Source: Thermoplasmatales archaeon SW_10_69_26 (GTDB lineage: Archaea; Thermoplasmatota; SW-10-69-26). Taken from it: a DNA stretch of 64,000 nt. Below the pieces are notes generated by a model that saw nothing but the letters and a program-made list of their open reading frames with translations, was not told where the DNA came from and ran no database searches. The translations under genes and the position numbers were made by a program. Positions 46,567 through 56,691 of this stretch are shown here, one piece after another. The stretch spans positions 1 to 64,000 of the forward strand of contig PXUB01000001.1 of assembly GCA_003009755.1 (NCBI GenBank). Reading direction: 5' to 3'. Numbering within the stretch: the stretch's first letter is position 1; the number at the start of each line of letters is the position of its first letter.

Positions 46567-47445
46567 TCAGCCCTCGTCGGACCCCGCGGGAGCCAGCGTC
46601 TGCTCACGCGCGGACCGATCGAGGGCGGCCTCGGCGATCGATCGGGCGTACAACCCGACGCGTTCGGTGTCCTCCAGCAGCGAGAAGTAGCCGCGGTACA
46701 GCCGGTCGTCGGGCAGTTGGTCGGGTCGGCGGGGGCCGCCGGCGAGCGAGATCGCGTCGCCTTCGACGTCCTGGGTCCAGTCCTCGATGTCGTCGATGAC
46801 GCCGTGGGCGAGCGTGGCGTCCGGTTCGGCGAGAGCGCGGTGGGCTCGGTCGACCAGGTCCATGGCTTCGCCGATCGCCGTCTCGATCCGGTCGGCGATG
46901 GCGCCGATGCGCTCTTGGGGCGTGAGCTCGGCCGCTCGGAGCGTGATCTCCTCGGCGTAGTCGGCGATGCGTTCCAGGCGGTCGGCGCCGCGCAGCAGGG
47001 CGTCGCCGGGACGTAGGCGGGCGTCGTCCTGGTTGGCGGTGCGCTGCAGCGCGAACAGCTGGCGGTCGCAGCGGCGCTCCTCCTCGGAGAGGCGGTCCAC
47101 GATCTCGGTGTCGGGGCGCTCCTCGATGCCGGTCTTGGCGATGGCGAGGGTGCGACGGGTCGCTTTGTGCAGCCGGCGCAGCCGCTCGTCCGGGTCCGGG
47201 CCCTGCGAGCGGGGGAACCCGACCCGGACCTCGTCGTCCGCGTCGAGGACGCGGGCGCCGGGCAGGCGGCTGAGTATCGCTTGCAGGTGCTCGCCGCCCT
47301 CGGACGGCCGGGGGAAGCGGACCCCGCGGGCGCCGGCGATGTAGTAGGCGATCAGGATGCGTTGCAGACGCGCGGGGTTGCGCGCCTCCTCGCCGAGGTC
47401 GGGAAGCTCGTCCTCTCGGGTCTCCGCGGGACCGGCATCGGTCAT
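46567..47445 (-). CDS. PhoU-like phosphate uptake regulator (archaeal type)
   Basis: RILIAYYIAG, ADRLERIADYAEEI, EDTERVGLYARSIAEAALD. Confidence 0.7.
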   Translation of the reverse strand: MTDAGPAETREDELPDLGEEARNPARLQRILIAYYIAGARGVRFPRPSEGGEHLQAILSRLPGARVLDADDEVRVGFPRSQGPDPDERLRRLHKATRRTLAIAKTGIEERPDTEIVDRLSEEERRCDRQLFALQRTANQDDARLRPGDALLRGADRLERIADYAEEITLRAAELTPQERIGAIADRIETAIGEAMDLVDRAHRALAEPDATLAHGVIDDIEDWTQDVEGDAISLAGGPRRPDQLPDDRLYRGYFSLLEDTERVGLYARSIAEAALDRSAREQTLAPAGSDEG

Positions 47446-47680
47446 CGCAGACAAGGAGACCTCGAGGGGCATGAACGCTGCGGACCGCGAGGGCGGATCG
47501 GTGCGGTGAACCGAAAGCCCCTCGCCGATGGGCTCCGCCGAGGTTCGCACCAGCGCCGCTACGGGCGAGACCGAGGTAGGCCGAGCCGCCGTGGCGGGAG
47601 GCCCGCGCCTGCGGCAAGCACCGCCGCGCCGGCCCGCAGGCACCTCAGCCCCCGCCTTCCTCGACGGTCACGGTCGGCTC

Positions 47681-48910
47681 TCACCCCGTCAGGCCGCGGA
47701 CGAGGGCAGGCCCCAGCAGGGTGGCCATCAACAGCGAGCGGCGGGCGCCAGCGGCGTGCGCGGCGCGGGCGAGGGTCCACCCGGCCAGGCACACGAGGCC
47801 GCCGGCCCACCCGGTGAACAGGCCGATGCCGACGAGCCAGGGCACGACGAGGCCGCGAGCCAGGCCCGGCACGTGCGCGGCCAGCGCCTCGGCGTGGCGG
47901 CAGGCGAGCCCCAGCCCGGCGAGACCGACGAGGCCGCCGGTGGCCATCGCGGCGAGGTCGCCCACGAGGGCGTCCCACCCGGGGATCGGCCACGCCAGGG
48001 CCAGGCGGGCGGCGTGGACGCCCGTCCGGGTGCGCTGGAGGGCGTGGAGGACGCCGGTGGCGACGCAGACGCTGGCGGTGTTGACGGCGCCGACGGTCGC
48101 CATGAGCGAGGTCTCGCGCTGGTGGCCGATCTGGGCGGCGACGGCGGTGGCGGGGCCGGCGGTGAACCCGGAGAACACGCCGGAGACGAGACCCAGCAGC
48201 GAGCCCACGATCGGCCCGCGGCGGGCGGGGGTGGGCACGTGGCCGTCCTCGCCGGGCAACGGCTCGTGATCCGGCGGCGGGCTGCGGGCCGCGTGCACCA
48301 GCGCTGGCAGGCCGAAGAGCCCGATGAACAAGGGCAAAAGCGGGGTCGCGGGCCAGCCCAGCGGCGAGGTGACCGGGACCGCGAGGCCGACGTGGCCGAG
48401 CAGGCCGGCGGCGAGCGCGACGAGGGCGGCCGTCGGCGGGCCGGCGGGGTCGCTTGCGACGAGGACGAGCAACGCGATGCCGGCCACCCAGGGCGTCGCG
48501 GCTTGGACCGCCGAGCGGGCGCCGGGCGTGGTGAGGAGGTGGGCGATCGCGAGGGCGGCCGGCACGCCGAGCGCGAGCCCGGCGAGGCTGCCGGTGGCGC
48601 TGGCGGTGAGGGCCTCCTCGGCGTGGCCGCCGCGAGCCAGCCGCTGGCCGGGATGCAGGGCCGGGGCGAGCTCGCCCTCGGGGACTCCGAGCACGACGAG
48701 CGGGAGCGCGCTGGTGAACGTCCAGGCGCCCAGCGCGGCCATGAGGAACGCGATCGTGGGCAGCGCGGGCAGGCCCCAGCGGGCCTCGACGGCGAGGGCG
48801 CCGGCGGCCAGCGTGTTCGGGTGCAGCCCGGGCACGAGCCCGGCCAGGCCGCCGGTGAGGCCGCCGACGGTCGCGAGGGTCACGGCGAGGGGGGTGTCCA
48901 GCCTCGCCAC
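47681..48910 (-). CDS. TctA/DUF112 family permease (archaeal type)
   Basis: GLVPGLHPNT, LGVP…LHPGQRL…G, LLPLFIGLFGLP. Confidence 0.8.
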   Translation of the reverse strand: MARLDTPLAVTLATVGGLTGGLAGLVPGLHPNTLAAGALAVEARWGLPALPTIAFLMAALGAWTFTSALPLVVLGVPEGELAPALHPGQRLARGGHAEEALTASATGSLAGLALGVPAALAIAHLLTTPGARSAVQAATPWVAGIALLVLVASDPAGPPTAALVALAAGLLGHVGLAVPVTSPLGWPATPLLPLFIGLFGLPALVHAARSPPPDHEPLPGEDGHVPTPARRGPIVGSLLGLVSGVFSGFTAGPATAVAAQIGHQRETSLMATVGAVNTASVCVATGVLHALQRTRTGVHAARLALAWPIPGWDALVGDLAAMATGGLVGLAGLGLACRHAEALAAHVPGLARGLVVPWLVGIGLFTGWAGGLVCLAGWTLARAAHAAGARRSLLMATLLGPALVRGLTG

Positions 48911-49461
48911 CCCTGAGCCTCGAGCTCGTACCCGGCCCGGTCGGGCTCGTACACCAGCCGCCCCCAGACGACGACGGGCTCGGGCGGGGGCGCGATCCCG
49001 CTGGCGTCGACGGGGAGCCGGCCCTCCTCGTCCAGCAGCGCGGCACCGTCGTCGGCCCAGGTGCCGGTGACGGCGATCGGTTGCCCCCGCAGGCGGGGCG
49101 CGTTCTCGAGGACCTGGCCCAGCGGCCGGTGCTCGGGAGAGGCCTCGGTCTCGATGGCGCCCTCGGCCCACACGATGGGTCCGTGCTCGCCGGGGCTGGG
49201 TTGCCCGCGGACCGTGACCTGCTCGCCGAGGCTGGGGGCCGAGCCGCGGGTGAGCACGGTGGCCTGCCGGTTGCCCTCGGTCAGCTCGAACCGGAGGACG
49301 TCGCCGTGGGCGTCGATCGCCGTGACGCGGCCGTCGAGCTGCACGGTCTCGCCGTAGTGCTGGCTGAGCTCGTCGAGGGTGATGCTGGTCGGATCGACGA
49401 GCGGCGTGAGGGCGTGCAGCAGGGCGACGATCGCGAAGGCTTGCACGATGCGGGCCCGCAC
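48880..49461 (-). CDS. Membrane-anchored tandem OB-fold protein
   Basis: N-terminal hydrophobic helix; GETVQLDGRV…FELTEG…GEQVTVRG and GQPIAVTG…VVVWGRLVY. Confidence 0.6.
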   Translation of the reverse strand: MRARIVQAFAIVALLHALTPLVDPTSITLDELSQHYGETVQLDGRVTAIDAHGDVLRFELTEGNRQATVLTRGSAPSLGEQVTVRGQPSPGEHGPIVWAEGAIETEASPEHRPLGQVLENAPRLRGQPIAVTGTWADDGAALLDEEGRLPVDASGIAPPPEPVVVWGRLVYEPDRAGYELEAQGWRGWTPPSP

Positions 49462-49699
49462 AGGCAGGGACGCGAGCCGCGAGAGGGTGAACGTTGTCCT
49501 GGGGCAGTGTGGAGGTGGAGGGCGCGGAGGGGATGAAGGCGCCGACAACGACCAACCACCTCGCGAACGCGGGGGCCGGTTTGGGAGGCCTTCGCCACCA
49601 CCGTCCAAAGGGGAGGGCCGCGGGGACGCGGATCCCCCTGCTACAGCGGCTAGCGGCCGTCGTGGCAAGGGTTTTCCATGTTCAGATAACTCGAACCGC

Positions 49700-50200
49700 A
49701 TGGCCGGTCGGAGCGTCCTGGTGGTGTTCCTGACGACCCTCGTCCTCGGGTCGGCCGCGCCGGCGATTCAATCCTCCGGCGCCCCCGATCAGTACACCGT
49801 GGACCTGGAGCCCGCGGAAGCCCAAGCGGAACCCGGGGAGGAGGTCGCGTTCCGTACGGAGGTCGGGGGCCGCGATCCCGATCACTACCCCGGGGACGGG
49901 CACCTCAAGGTCTGGGTGGAGGCCCCGGACAACGTGACCGTGTCGAACGTCACGCCGAAGCGGATCTTCCTCGAGGAGAACGAGACCGAGGTGTGGACGT
50001 TCTCCGCCAACGCGGAGAGCCCGGGGACGTACGTCATCGAGGCTTGGATCGAGGACGACGGGGACAACTACCGGTTCCGTGAGGCAGACGACGCCGTCCT
50101 CCAGGCGGGAGGCTCCCGGACGATCCCAGTTCCGGGGTTGGTGCCGGTCGTGGCGGGGTCTCTGGCCGCGGCCGCCTGGCTCCAGAGGAAGCCACAGTGA
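49700..50200 (+). CDS. Secreted Ig-like protein with C-terminal sorting signal
   Basis: Signal peptide; beta-rich; ends IPVPG + hydrophobic helix + RK. Confidence 0.7.
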   Translation: MAGRSVLVVFLTTLVLGSAAPAIQSSGAPDQYTVDLEPAEAQAEPGEEVAFRTEVGGRDPDHYPGDGHLKVWVEAPDNVTVSNVTPKRIFLEENETEVWTFSANAESPGTYVIEAWIEDDGDNYRFREADDAVLQAGGSRTIPVPGLVPVVAGSLAAAAWLQRKPQ

Positions 50201-50408
50201 AGCTCTCGCTCGTCACGACCATGGGGGGATCGGCGTCAGGGTTCGCTTGGAGGGCACTGGCGAGTCCGTGTTCGCCCGGCGGCCTCGTCGAGCCTCCCTT
50301 GGACGAGGATGGCGAGACCGAGACGATGGCGGAGGCCCCGAGGGGGATGCCGCCGGAGCTTCCCACGTGGAACGCGGGCGGACGCTCGGAGGTGGATTCC
50401 AGGGTCCT

Positions 50409-51494
50409 TTACAACGACAACGTCCGCAGCCCGCGATCCGCGTGCGTCAACCGCCGACACCCGTTGCTGGTGACGACGACGTCCTCCTCGATGCGGACGC
50501 CGGCCTCTCCGGGCACGTAGACGCCGGGTTCGACGGTGAACACCATGCCCTCCTCGATCGTGACCTCGCTGGAGGGCGACAGGCCGGGCCCGTCGTGGAC
50601 CTCGACGCCGAGCGCGTGGCCCAGCGAGTGGATGAACCGGCCCTCGAAGCGGGTGTCGTCGATGACCTGGCGGGCGACGTCGTGCACGTCGGCGGCCTCC
50701 ATGCCGGGCTGGATGGCGTCGAGCGCGGCTCGCTGGGCCTCGAGCACGACCTCGTGCATGCGGCGCAGCTGCTTGGAGGGCTCGCTGATCGCGTACGTGC
50801 GCGTGATGTCCGAGCAGTACCCGGCCAGCTGGGCGCCCATGTCGATCAACAGGGGCCCGTCGGTCAGCTCGGCGCGGCCGGGCGCGTAGTGGGGTTCGGC
50901 CGAGCCGGCGCCGTTGGCGACGATCGGGTCGAAGGAGAGCTTGGCGCCCTCGGTGAGGATCTCGTGCACGATGCCGGCCGCCAGCTCGGCCTCCTCGTCG
51001 GCCCGGTCGACGTAGGTCTGCATCTCCTCGGCGATGCGGTCGGTGATGCGGGCGGCCTCCTCGATGCGGTCGACCTCGGCGGGGTCCTTGACGAGGCGGG
51101 CCCGTTGGATCGCCTCGTCGGCGGGCTCGAGGTCGACGGGCAGCTCGTCGTCGAGCTTGCGGTGGCGGTCGACGCTGACCTGGGTGGCGTCGAAGCCGAC
51201 CCTCTCGCCGTCGGTGAACCGGTCGGCGAGCTCGTCCCAGAAGTCTTCGCGGTCGTCGTAGATGACGACGCGGTTGTCGGATCTGCGGGCGGTCGTCTCC
51301 TCGAGCGGCGAGGTGACGACGGTCACGGGCTCGTCGGGCCGCAGGATGGCGGCCGAGCCCTCGAACGTGCCGCCGTCGTGGAGGCCGGTGGCCCAGAAGA
51401 ACGTCGCGTCGGGCGGACCGTTGACGGTGACGACGGCGTCGAGGTCCTCGGCGTGCTCGAAGAGGCGGCGGACGCGGGCGGGCGGCTGGGTCAC
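50409..51494 (-). CDS. pepQ: Xaa-Pro peptidase (M24B)
   Basis: IDMGA…YCSDITRT, HSLGHALGVEVHD, TVEPGVY, GVRIEED. Confidence 0.93.
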   Translation of the reverse strand: MTQPPARVRRLFEHAEDLDAVVTVNGPPDATFFWATGLHDGGTFEGSAAILRPDEPVTVVTSPLEETTARRSDNRVVIYDDREDFWDELADRFTDGERVGFDATQVSVDRHRKLDDELPVDLEPADEAIQRARLVKDPAEVDRIEEAARITDRIAEEMQTYVDRADEEAELAAGIVHEILTEGAKLSFDPIVANGAGSAEPHYAPGRAELTDGPLLIDMGAQLAGYCSDITRTYAISEPSKQLRRMHEVVLEAQRAALDAIQPGMEAADVHDVARQVIDDTRFEGRFIHSLGHALGVEVHDGPGLSPSSEVTIEEGMVFTVEPGVYVPGEAGVRIEEDVVVTSNGCRRLTHADRGLRTLSL

Positions 51495-51520
51495 ACCGGC
51501 TGAAGGGCGGGCCTGGTTCT

Positions 51521-51661
51521 TCAACGGCGCGGTCGGCCGGCCCTCGCCAGCGCGGCGATCGCTGCCGCGAGGAGCGCGAACGCGGCGGCCGGCGCCGGTC
51601 CCGCCGGCGACCGACTCGATGCCAGGCCGACCAGCAGCGCTCGTCGCTTGCCGGCGACCAT
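51521..51661 (-). pseudogene. 46-aa ORF: signal-peptide start joined directly to a sorting signal
   Basis: MVAGKRRALLVGLA…GPAPAAAFALLAAAIAALARAGRPRR. Confidence 0.4.
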
Positions 51662-51715
51662 GCTCGACCCATCGCCGTCCCGTTTGCAGGGGGTGGGGGC
51701 CGTGGCGTTGACGGC

Positions 51716-53143
51716 CTAGGGTCGTCGGCGGGTTCGAGCCGGGGCGAGGGCGGCGAACACGGCGACGAGCAGCGCGAGCCCCGGGCCAGGCACGGACAGG
51801 AAGCCCCCGTCGTCGGTCTGGGTCTCGGTGGACGCGTTCAGGGGGGCGGGGAACGAGAGCGTCTTGACCTTCTGCTCGGGGTCGTCGCCGTCGATCGTGA
51901 CGCGCTCGTAGCCCAGCTCTTCGGTGCCCTCGGGCAGGTCGAGCGTGACCTCCTCGCCGGGGGCGATTTGGCGGTCGGGGGCGGGAACCGAGGTCTTGGC
52001 GGTCGCGTTGTCGCCCGTGCCGTTGTCGCTGGCGCCGGTGTCGGCGGTCCCCTCGTCGACGTTGGAGGCGGGCGTGGGGAGGGGCGTCAGGTTGTAGGCG
52101 GGGCCCCAGCCGTCGTTGAGCACGGTGACGCTGGTGCCGTTCACGTCCTCGAGGTGCAGGGCGCCGCCGAGGTGGTGGAGGTTGTCCCAGGTGAGCTCGT
52201 AGACGCCGAGCACCTCGTTGAGGCGGGCTTCGACCTCCTCGGTCGACGCGGGGGCGCTTTGCTCCTCGTCGACCTCGGGGAGCAGCGCCATCGCGGAGCG
52301 GTTGCCGTAGGCCCAGGCGTGGGCCTCGCCGGCGCCGCTGGGGTCGCGGTACTCGAGCCCGGTCTCGTTCTCGATGTTCGTGAGCCAGGTCTCGTAGGTG
52401 GGCCAGTCGGGGATCTCGCCGTCCTGGTCCTCGCTCCAGGGGAGCACGAGGTCGTAGGTGCCGGTGTGGCCGGTGAGGTAGGCGTAGAGGTTGAGGTCCC
52501 TCATCAGCTCCATGTTCGTCTGCGTCTCGGTCTCGCTGGCCGGCTCCTCGCCGCGGTAGTTGCCGGTGAACGGCTGGTCGCTGGTGCCGTACAGGCCCCA
52601 GTGGAAGGGGTAGTTGCGGTTGAGGTCGACGCCGTTCGTGTTCTCCCGCTGGTCGCGGGTGTACCCGTCCGGGTTCACGATCGGGTTGACGACCAGCCGC
52701 TTGTCCTCGAGGTACGAGGCGCCCTCCTCGGTGGCGTTCTCGAGGACGCGCGTGAGGAAGTAGTAGGCGGCCTCGGCGGAGAGGATCTCGTTGCCGTGGT
52801 GGGCGCCGTCGACGTACAGCGTCGGCAGCTGAGCCAGCTCCTCCTCGGAGCGGTCGGAGATGTTCGCGGCGACGTCGACGACGAAGATCTCCTGGTCGAG
52901 GGTGCTGGTGCCGACGCCGCGGAACTCGGCCGCGTCGTACTCCTCGGCCAGCGCCTGCATGTCCTGCTTCATCTCGTCGTAGGTGTGGTAGGCCTCGGGC
53001 TGGCCTTCGGTCACCTGAGCTTGGGCGCTGGGAGCCATCGCCATGCCGATCATGGCGAACTCGACCGTGAGCGCGAGAGCGAGCGCGACGCTGAGCGTAC
53101 GGCCTCCCCTGGTCATCGACGGTGCAGACGACGGGTCCGTCAT
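51716..53143 (-). CDS. Secreted M14 zinc carboxypeptidase with C-terminal sorting signal
   Basis: HGNE, NPDG, DLNRNY, EPASETET; ends VPGPG + TM + RTRRR. Confidence 0.9.
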   Translation of the reverse strand: MTDPSSAPSMTRGGRTLSVALALALTVEFAMIGMAMAPSAQAQVTEGQPEAYHTYDEMKQDMQALAEEYDAAEFRGVGTSTLDQEIFVVDVAANISDRSEEELAQLPTLYVDGAHHGNEILSAEAAYYFLTRVLENATEEGASYLEDKRLVVNPIVNPDGYTRDQRENTNGVDLNRNYPFHWGLYGTSDQPFTGNYRGEEPASETETQTNMELMRDLNLYAYLTGHTGTYDLVLPWSEDQDGEIPDWPTYETWLTNIENETGLEYRDPSGAGEAHAWAYGNRSAMALLPEVDEEQSAPASTEEVEARLNEVLGVYELTWDNLHHLGGALHLEDVNGTSVTVLNDGWGPAYNLTPLPTPASNVDEGTADTGASDNGTGDNATAKTSVPAPDRQIAPGEEVTLDLPEGTEELGYERVTIDGDDPEQKVKTLSFPAPLNASTETQTDDGGFLSVPGPGLALLVAVFAALAPARTRRRP

Positions 53144-53165
53144 GAACCCTTGGGGGGCGCCCTCG

Positions 53166-53789
53166 TCAATCGGGGCGGGCCAAGGGGACGAAGGCGTCGT
53201 CGGCGAGGATCGCGTCGACGTTGTCCTCGGGGGATCGTGTCCCGTCGAGAACGAGGTGGGGACGGGTGCGGTCGCTGGGACGGGCCTGGCGGTCGCCCAG
53301 CGCCTCGAGGGCCTGCCGGGCGTCGGGGCCCATCCGGTCGGCGCGGTCGCCGAGCACGGTGTCGGGCGCGTGGACGAACGCGACGCGACCGGGAGCCTCG
53401 AACGCGTCGGCGATCGCGTAGGTGGCTTGCCGGTCGGATTTGCGGAGGTTCGTGGCGTCGTGGACGACGTGGAGGCCTCGCTCGAGGGCTTGCTCGACGA
53501 CGTGGCGGGCGGCCTCGTAGGTGGCGTGGTTCTCCTCGCCGTCGAAGGTCGACTGTTGGCGGCCCATCGCGTCGACGACGAGTCGGCGCAGCCGGTCGTT
53601 CTCGGCGTGGACGGCCTCGGTGGGGACGGCCCTCACGAGGTGCCGGGCCAGCGTGGTCTTGCCGACGAGCGGGACGCCGGCCATGAGCACGAGCGTGGGT
53701 TGGCTGGGACGGGGGCGAGGGTCGATCCCTGGGCGGACCTGGTCCCAGTAGCGTTCGGCGGCGACGCGGCTCGGTGTGGTCGTCCTCAG
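53166..53789 (-). CDS. AAA_33-like P-loop kinase
   Basis: MAGVPLVGKTT, NDRLRR, VVHDATN; start codon unclear. Confidence 0.75.
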   Translation of the reverse strand: MRTTTPSRVAAERYWDQVRPGIDPRPRPSQPTLVLMAGVPLVGKTTLARHLVRAVPTEAVHAENDRLRRLVVDAMGRQQSTFDGEENHATYEAARHVVEQALERGLHVVHDATNLRKSDRQATYAIADAFEAPGRVAFVHAPDTVLGDRADRMGPDARQALEALGDRQARPSDRTRPHLVLDGTRSPEDNVDAILADDAFVPLARPD

Positions 53790-54541
53790 ATCGATTCCCC
53801 ACCGTCGGCGACGAAGACGGCGCCGGTCGTGTACGAGGTCTCCGGCGAGGCGAGGAACCGGACGAGCGGCGCGATCTCGTCGGGTTCGCCGAAGCGCCCC
53901 ATCGGGACCGTGGCCTCGAGCTGCGAGCGGATCTGCTCGTTGCCGCGGACGCCCTCGGTCATGTCGGTCTTCGTCCAGCCGGGCGCGACGGCGTTGACCC
54001 GGATCCCGTCGTCGGCCCACGCGGTCGCCAGATCGCGGGTGAGTTGGACGAGGCCGGCCTTGCTGACGGAGTAGGGCAGCATCCGCGCGGCGGCCTCCAT
54101 GCCGGCGATCGAGGCGACGTTCACGATCGCGCCGCCGTCGGCCAGCTCCTCGCGGGCAGCCTGCGCCAGGAAGAAGGGGGCCTCGAGGTTGACGTCGAGC
54201 AGCTGGTCCCACTCCGATCGGTCCAGATCCTCGGCGTCCTTCCACGGGGCCGGGAGGCCGGCGTTGTTGACGAGGACGTCGAGGCCGCCCAGCTCTTGGC
54301 AGGCCTCGTCGACGATGCGTTGGGGGGCCTCGGGCTCGGCGAGGTCGGCGGGGATGACGGTGGTCGAGCGGCCGCGCTCGGTGACCTGGGCGGCGGTCTC
54401 GCGCAGGTCCTTCTCGCTGCGCGCGGTCAAGGCCACGTCGGCACCGGCCTCGGCCAGCTCGTCGGCGATGGCTCGCCCGATGCCGCGTGAGGCGCCGGTG
54501 ACGAGCGCGCGCCGGTCGCGAAGGGGCGTGGCGTCGACCAT
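53786..54541 (-). CDS. Short-chain dehydrogenase/reductase
   Basis: TGASRGIG, NNAG, YSVSK, NAVAPG. Confidence 0.95.
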   Translation of the reverse strand: MVDATPLRDRRALVTGASRGIGRAIADELAEAGADVALTARSEKDLRETAAQVTERGRSTTVIPADLAEPEAPQRIVDEACQELGGLDVLVNNAGLPAPWKDAEDLDRSEWDQLLDVNLEAPFFLAQAAREELADGGAIVNVASIAGMEAAARMLPYSVSKAGLVQLTRDLATAWADDGIRVNAVAPGWTKTDMTEGVRGNEQIRSQLEATVPMGRFGEPDEIAPLVRFLASPETSYTTGAVFVADGGESI

Positions 54542-54729
54542 CACCCCCGAATCGGCTCCCGGGTATAGAGGCCTTGGCGTCGGGTCGCCGAACGGTGACG
54601 CCGACGGCGGCGATCGGGGACCGAGACGGTCCCTCGCGCGCCGTCGCCCTCGGGTGTCTCCGGAGACGTGGGGAGTGATCCAGCGTCTCCCCGCAGCAAA
54701 CCTAACACTGGGCCCTCGGCTGGGTAACC

Positions 54730-55986
54730 ATGGACGTAGGACGCCTGGTTGGGATCGCCGTCGTCGGGATCGTGATCTTCTCCGCGGGGGCTCCCGGCAT
54801 CACGGCCGACCGGAACGTGGATCCCTCGGCCTTCGTCGGGCCGGAGGGCGAGCACCTGGCGGGAACGGAGCGCCTCGAGCCCTACCGAGGCGATATGCAC
54901 GCTCACACGGCCTTCTCGGACGGGGAGAGCCACCCGCGCGAGGCGTTCAACGACGCCAAGCAGGTCGAGTGGCTGGACTTCTGGACGCTCACCGACCACG
55001 CGAACCTGCTCACCAACCCGATCCCCGTCAACGACACCTGCCCGTCGACCAACCCCGACCAGGCCTCGGACGTCTGCTACATGTCCCCGGCGCCGGGTCG
55101 GACGGAATTCGCGGAGATGAAGCACCAGGCCCAGCGCTTCCAGGGCGAGGCCTTCGTCTCGCACGCCGGTTTCGAGTGGTCCAGCTTCATCGAGGGCCAC
55201 GTCAACGTCTACAACACGCAGGCGTGGACGGATGCCTTCCAGACCGGCCAGGCGCCGATGGATGGCCTGTACACGTGGCTGGAGGGCGAGAAGCTCGACG
55301 ACGACCGGTACGCGACCTTCAACCACCCCGGTCGCGAGCCCCTGACGTTCGACAACTTCAGCTACGAGCCGCGGATGGACGAGTTCTTCGTCAGCCTCGA
55401 GGCCTTCAACAAGGACGACGACTACACGGACACGTACCTCAAGGCGCTGGACAAGGGCTGGCACGTCGGCGCCCACGGTGTCTCCGACGGCCACGAGGAC
55501 GACGAGCGCGTGGACCCCGACCGGGGGCATAGCGTGTCCTTGATGACCGAGCTCAGCGAGCCCGCGCTGGATCGGTCTTTCCAGCAGCACCACACGGTGG
55601 GGATCCGCGGGATGGACCAGGATGCTCGCCTGTACGTCGACGACACCCTGATGGGCGAGGTCGTCCCGAACCCCGGCAGCACCGTCGAGGTCGAGGCCAC
55701 CGTGTACGATGCGGGGACCAACGGCCCGACGACGTTCGAGAAGCTCGAGCTGTTGGGCCCCCGAGGCTGGCACAAGACCCTCGACCTCGACGAGCACGAC
55801 CGCGGGTTCGAGCACGAGACCGTCGAGATCGACGTCGACGAGCTGGGGACGACCGATCTCGACGAGCGCTACATCACCCTGCGCGCCTACCAGGATTACG
55901 AGCAGGACGGCGACAGCGATCCGACCGTCATGACGAGCGCGGTCTGGCTGGGCAACCAGGGCGACAGCGGCCTTCCCGAACCCTGA
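54730..55986 (+). CDS. Secreted PHP-like (CehA/McbA-type) metallohydrolase
   Basis: GDMHAHTAFSDG, LTDH, GFEW, GHVN, FNHP, SDGH. Confidence 0.8.
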   Translation: MDVGRLVGIAVVGIVIFSAGAPGITADRNVDPSAFVGPEGEHLAGTERLEPYRGDMHAHTAFSDGESHPREAFNDAKQVEWLDFWTLTDHANLLTNPIPVNDTCPSTNPDQASDVCYMSPAPGRTEFAEMKHQAQRFQGEAFVSHAGFEWSSFIEGHVNVYNTQAWTDAFQTGQAPMDGLYTWLEGEKLDDDRYATFNHPGREPLTFDNFSYEPRMDEFFVSLEAFNKDDDYTDTYLKALDKGWHVGAHGVSDGHEDDERVDPDRGHSVSLMTELSEPALDRSFQQHHTVGIRGMDQDARLYVDDTLMGEVVPNPGSTVEVEATVYDAGTNGPTTFEKLELLGPRGWHKTLDLDEHDRGFEHETVEIDVDELGTTDLDERYITLRAYQDYEQDGDSDPTVMTSAVWLGNQGDSGLPEP

Positions 55987-56012
55987 ACAGATCCGAGCGG
56001 CGTGGACGGCCG

Positions 56013-56579
56013 ATGACCGGCCCCCTGGCTCGCGACCTGGCCGACCACGTACCGGCCGACGAGGTCGAGGCCGCCTCGCTCAAGCGCGTCCGCAACTACG
56101 TCGAGGACGCCGAAGCGCCGATGGACCGCGAGGACGCCTTCGGCCACGTCGTCGCCAGCGGGCTGGTCGCCTCGCCCGACCGCGAGCGGATCGTGTTGTT
56201 GCACCACCGCCAGTTGGGCATGTGGTTGCAGCCCGGCGGCCACGCCGAGCCCGGCGAGAGCCGGCCGCGGGCGGTCGCCGAGCGCGAGGCCCGCGAGGAG
56301 ACCGGGCTGGACCTCGAACCGCATCCCGATCGGCCGGGCCTGGTCGACGTGGACGCCCACCGCATCCCGGCCTCGGAGGCGATGCCCGAGCACTGGCACT
56401 TCGACCTGCGCTACGTGTTCCAGGCCGATCCCGGCGAGGAGCCGGTCGTGCCGGATGCGGAGGGCCACGAGGTGCGCTGGTTCACCGTGGACGAGGCGAT
56501 GGCCGAGCTGGAGCTGGACGAGGGGTTGCAGCGGTTGATCGGGAAGGTCGCTGAAGGCAGCCGATCGTCGCGGTCCTGA
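56013..56579 (+). CDS. NUDIX hydrolase
   Basis: WLQPGGHAEPGE…AEREAREETG; HWHFDLRY. Confidence 0.92.
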   Translation: MTGPLARDLADHVPADEVEAASLKRVRNYVEDAEAPMDREDAFGHVVASGLVASPDRERIVLLHHRQLGMWLQPGGHAEPGESRPRAVAEREAREETGLDLEPHPDRPGLVDVDAHRIPASEAMPEHWHFDLRYVFQADPGEEPVVPDAEGHEVRWFTVDEAMAELELDEGLQRLIGKVAEGSRSSRS

Positions 56580-56691
56580 GGCTCGGCCGACCAGGAAGCC
56601 TGAGGCGGGACGTTCGGTTGGGCAGGACAACGTCGCGTTCCCCGGCAATCTTTATGCATGCGCGGAGCGGTCCGGCCGCCGACACCGCCCG

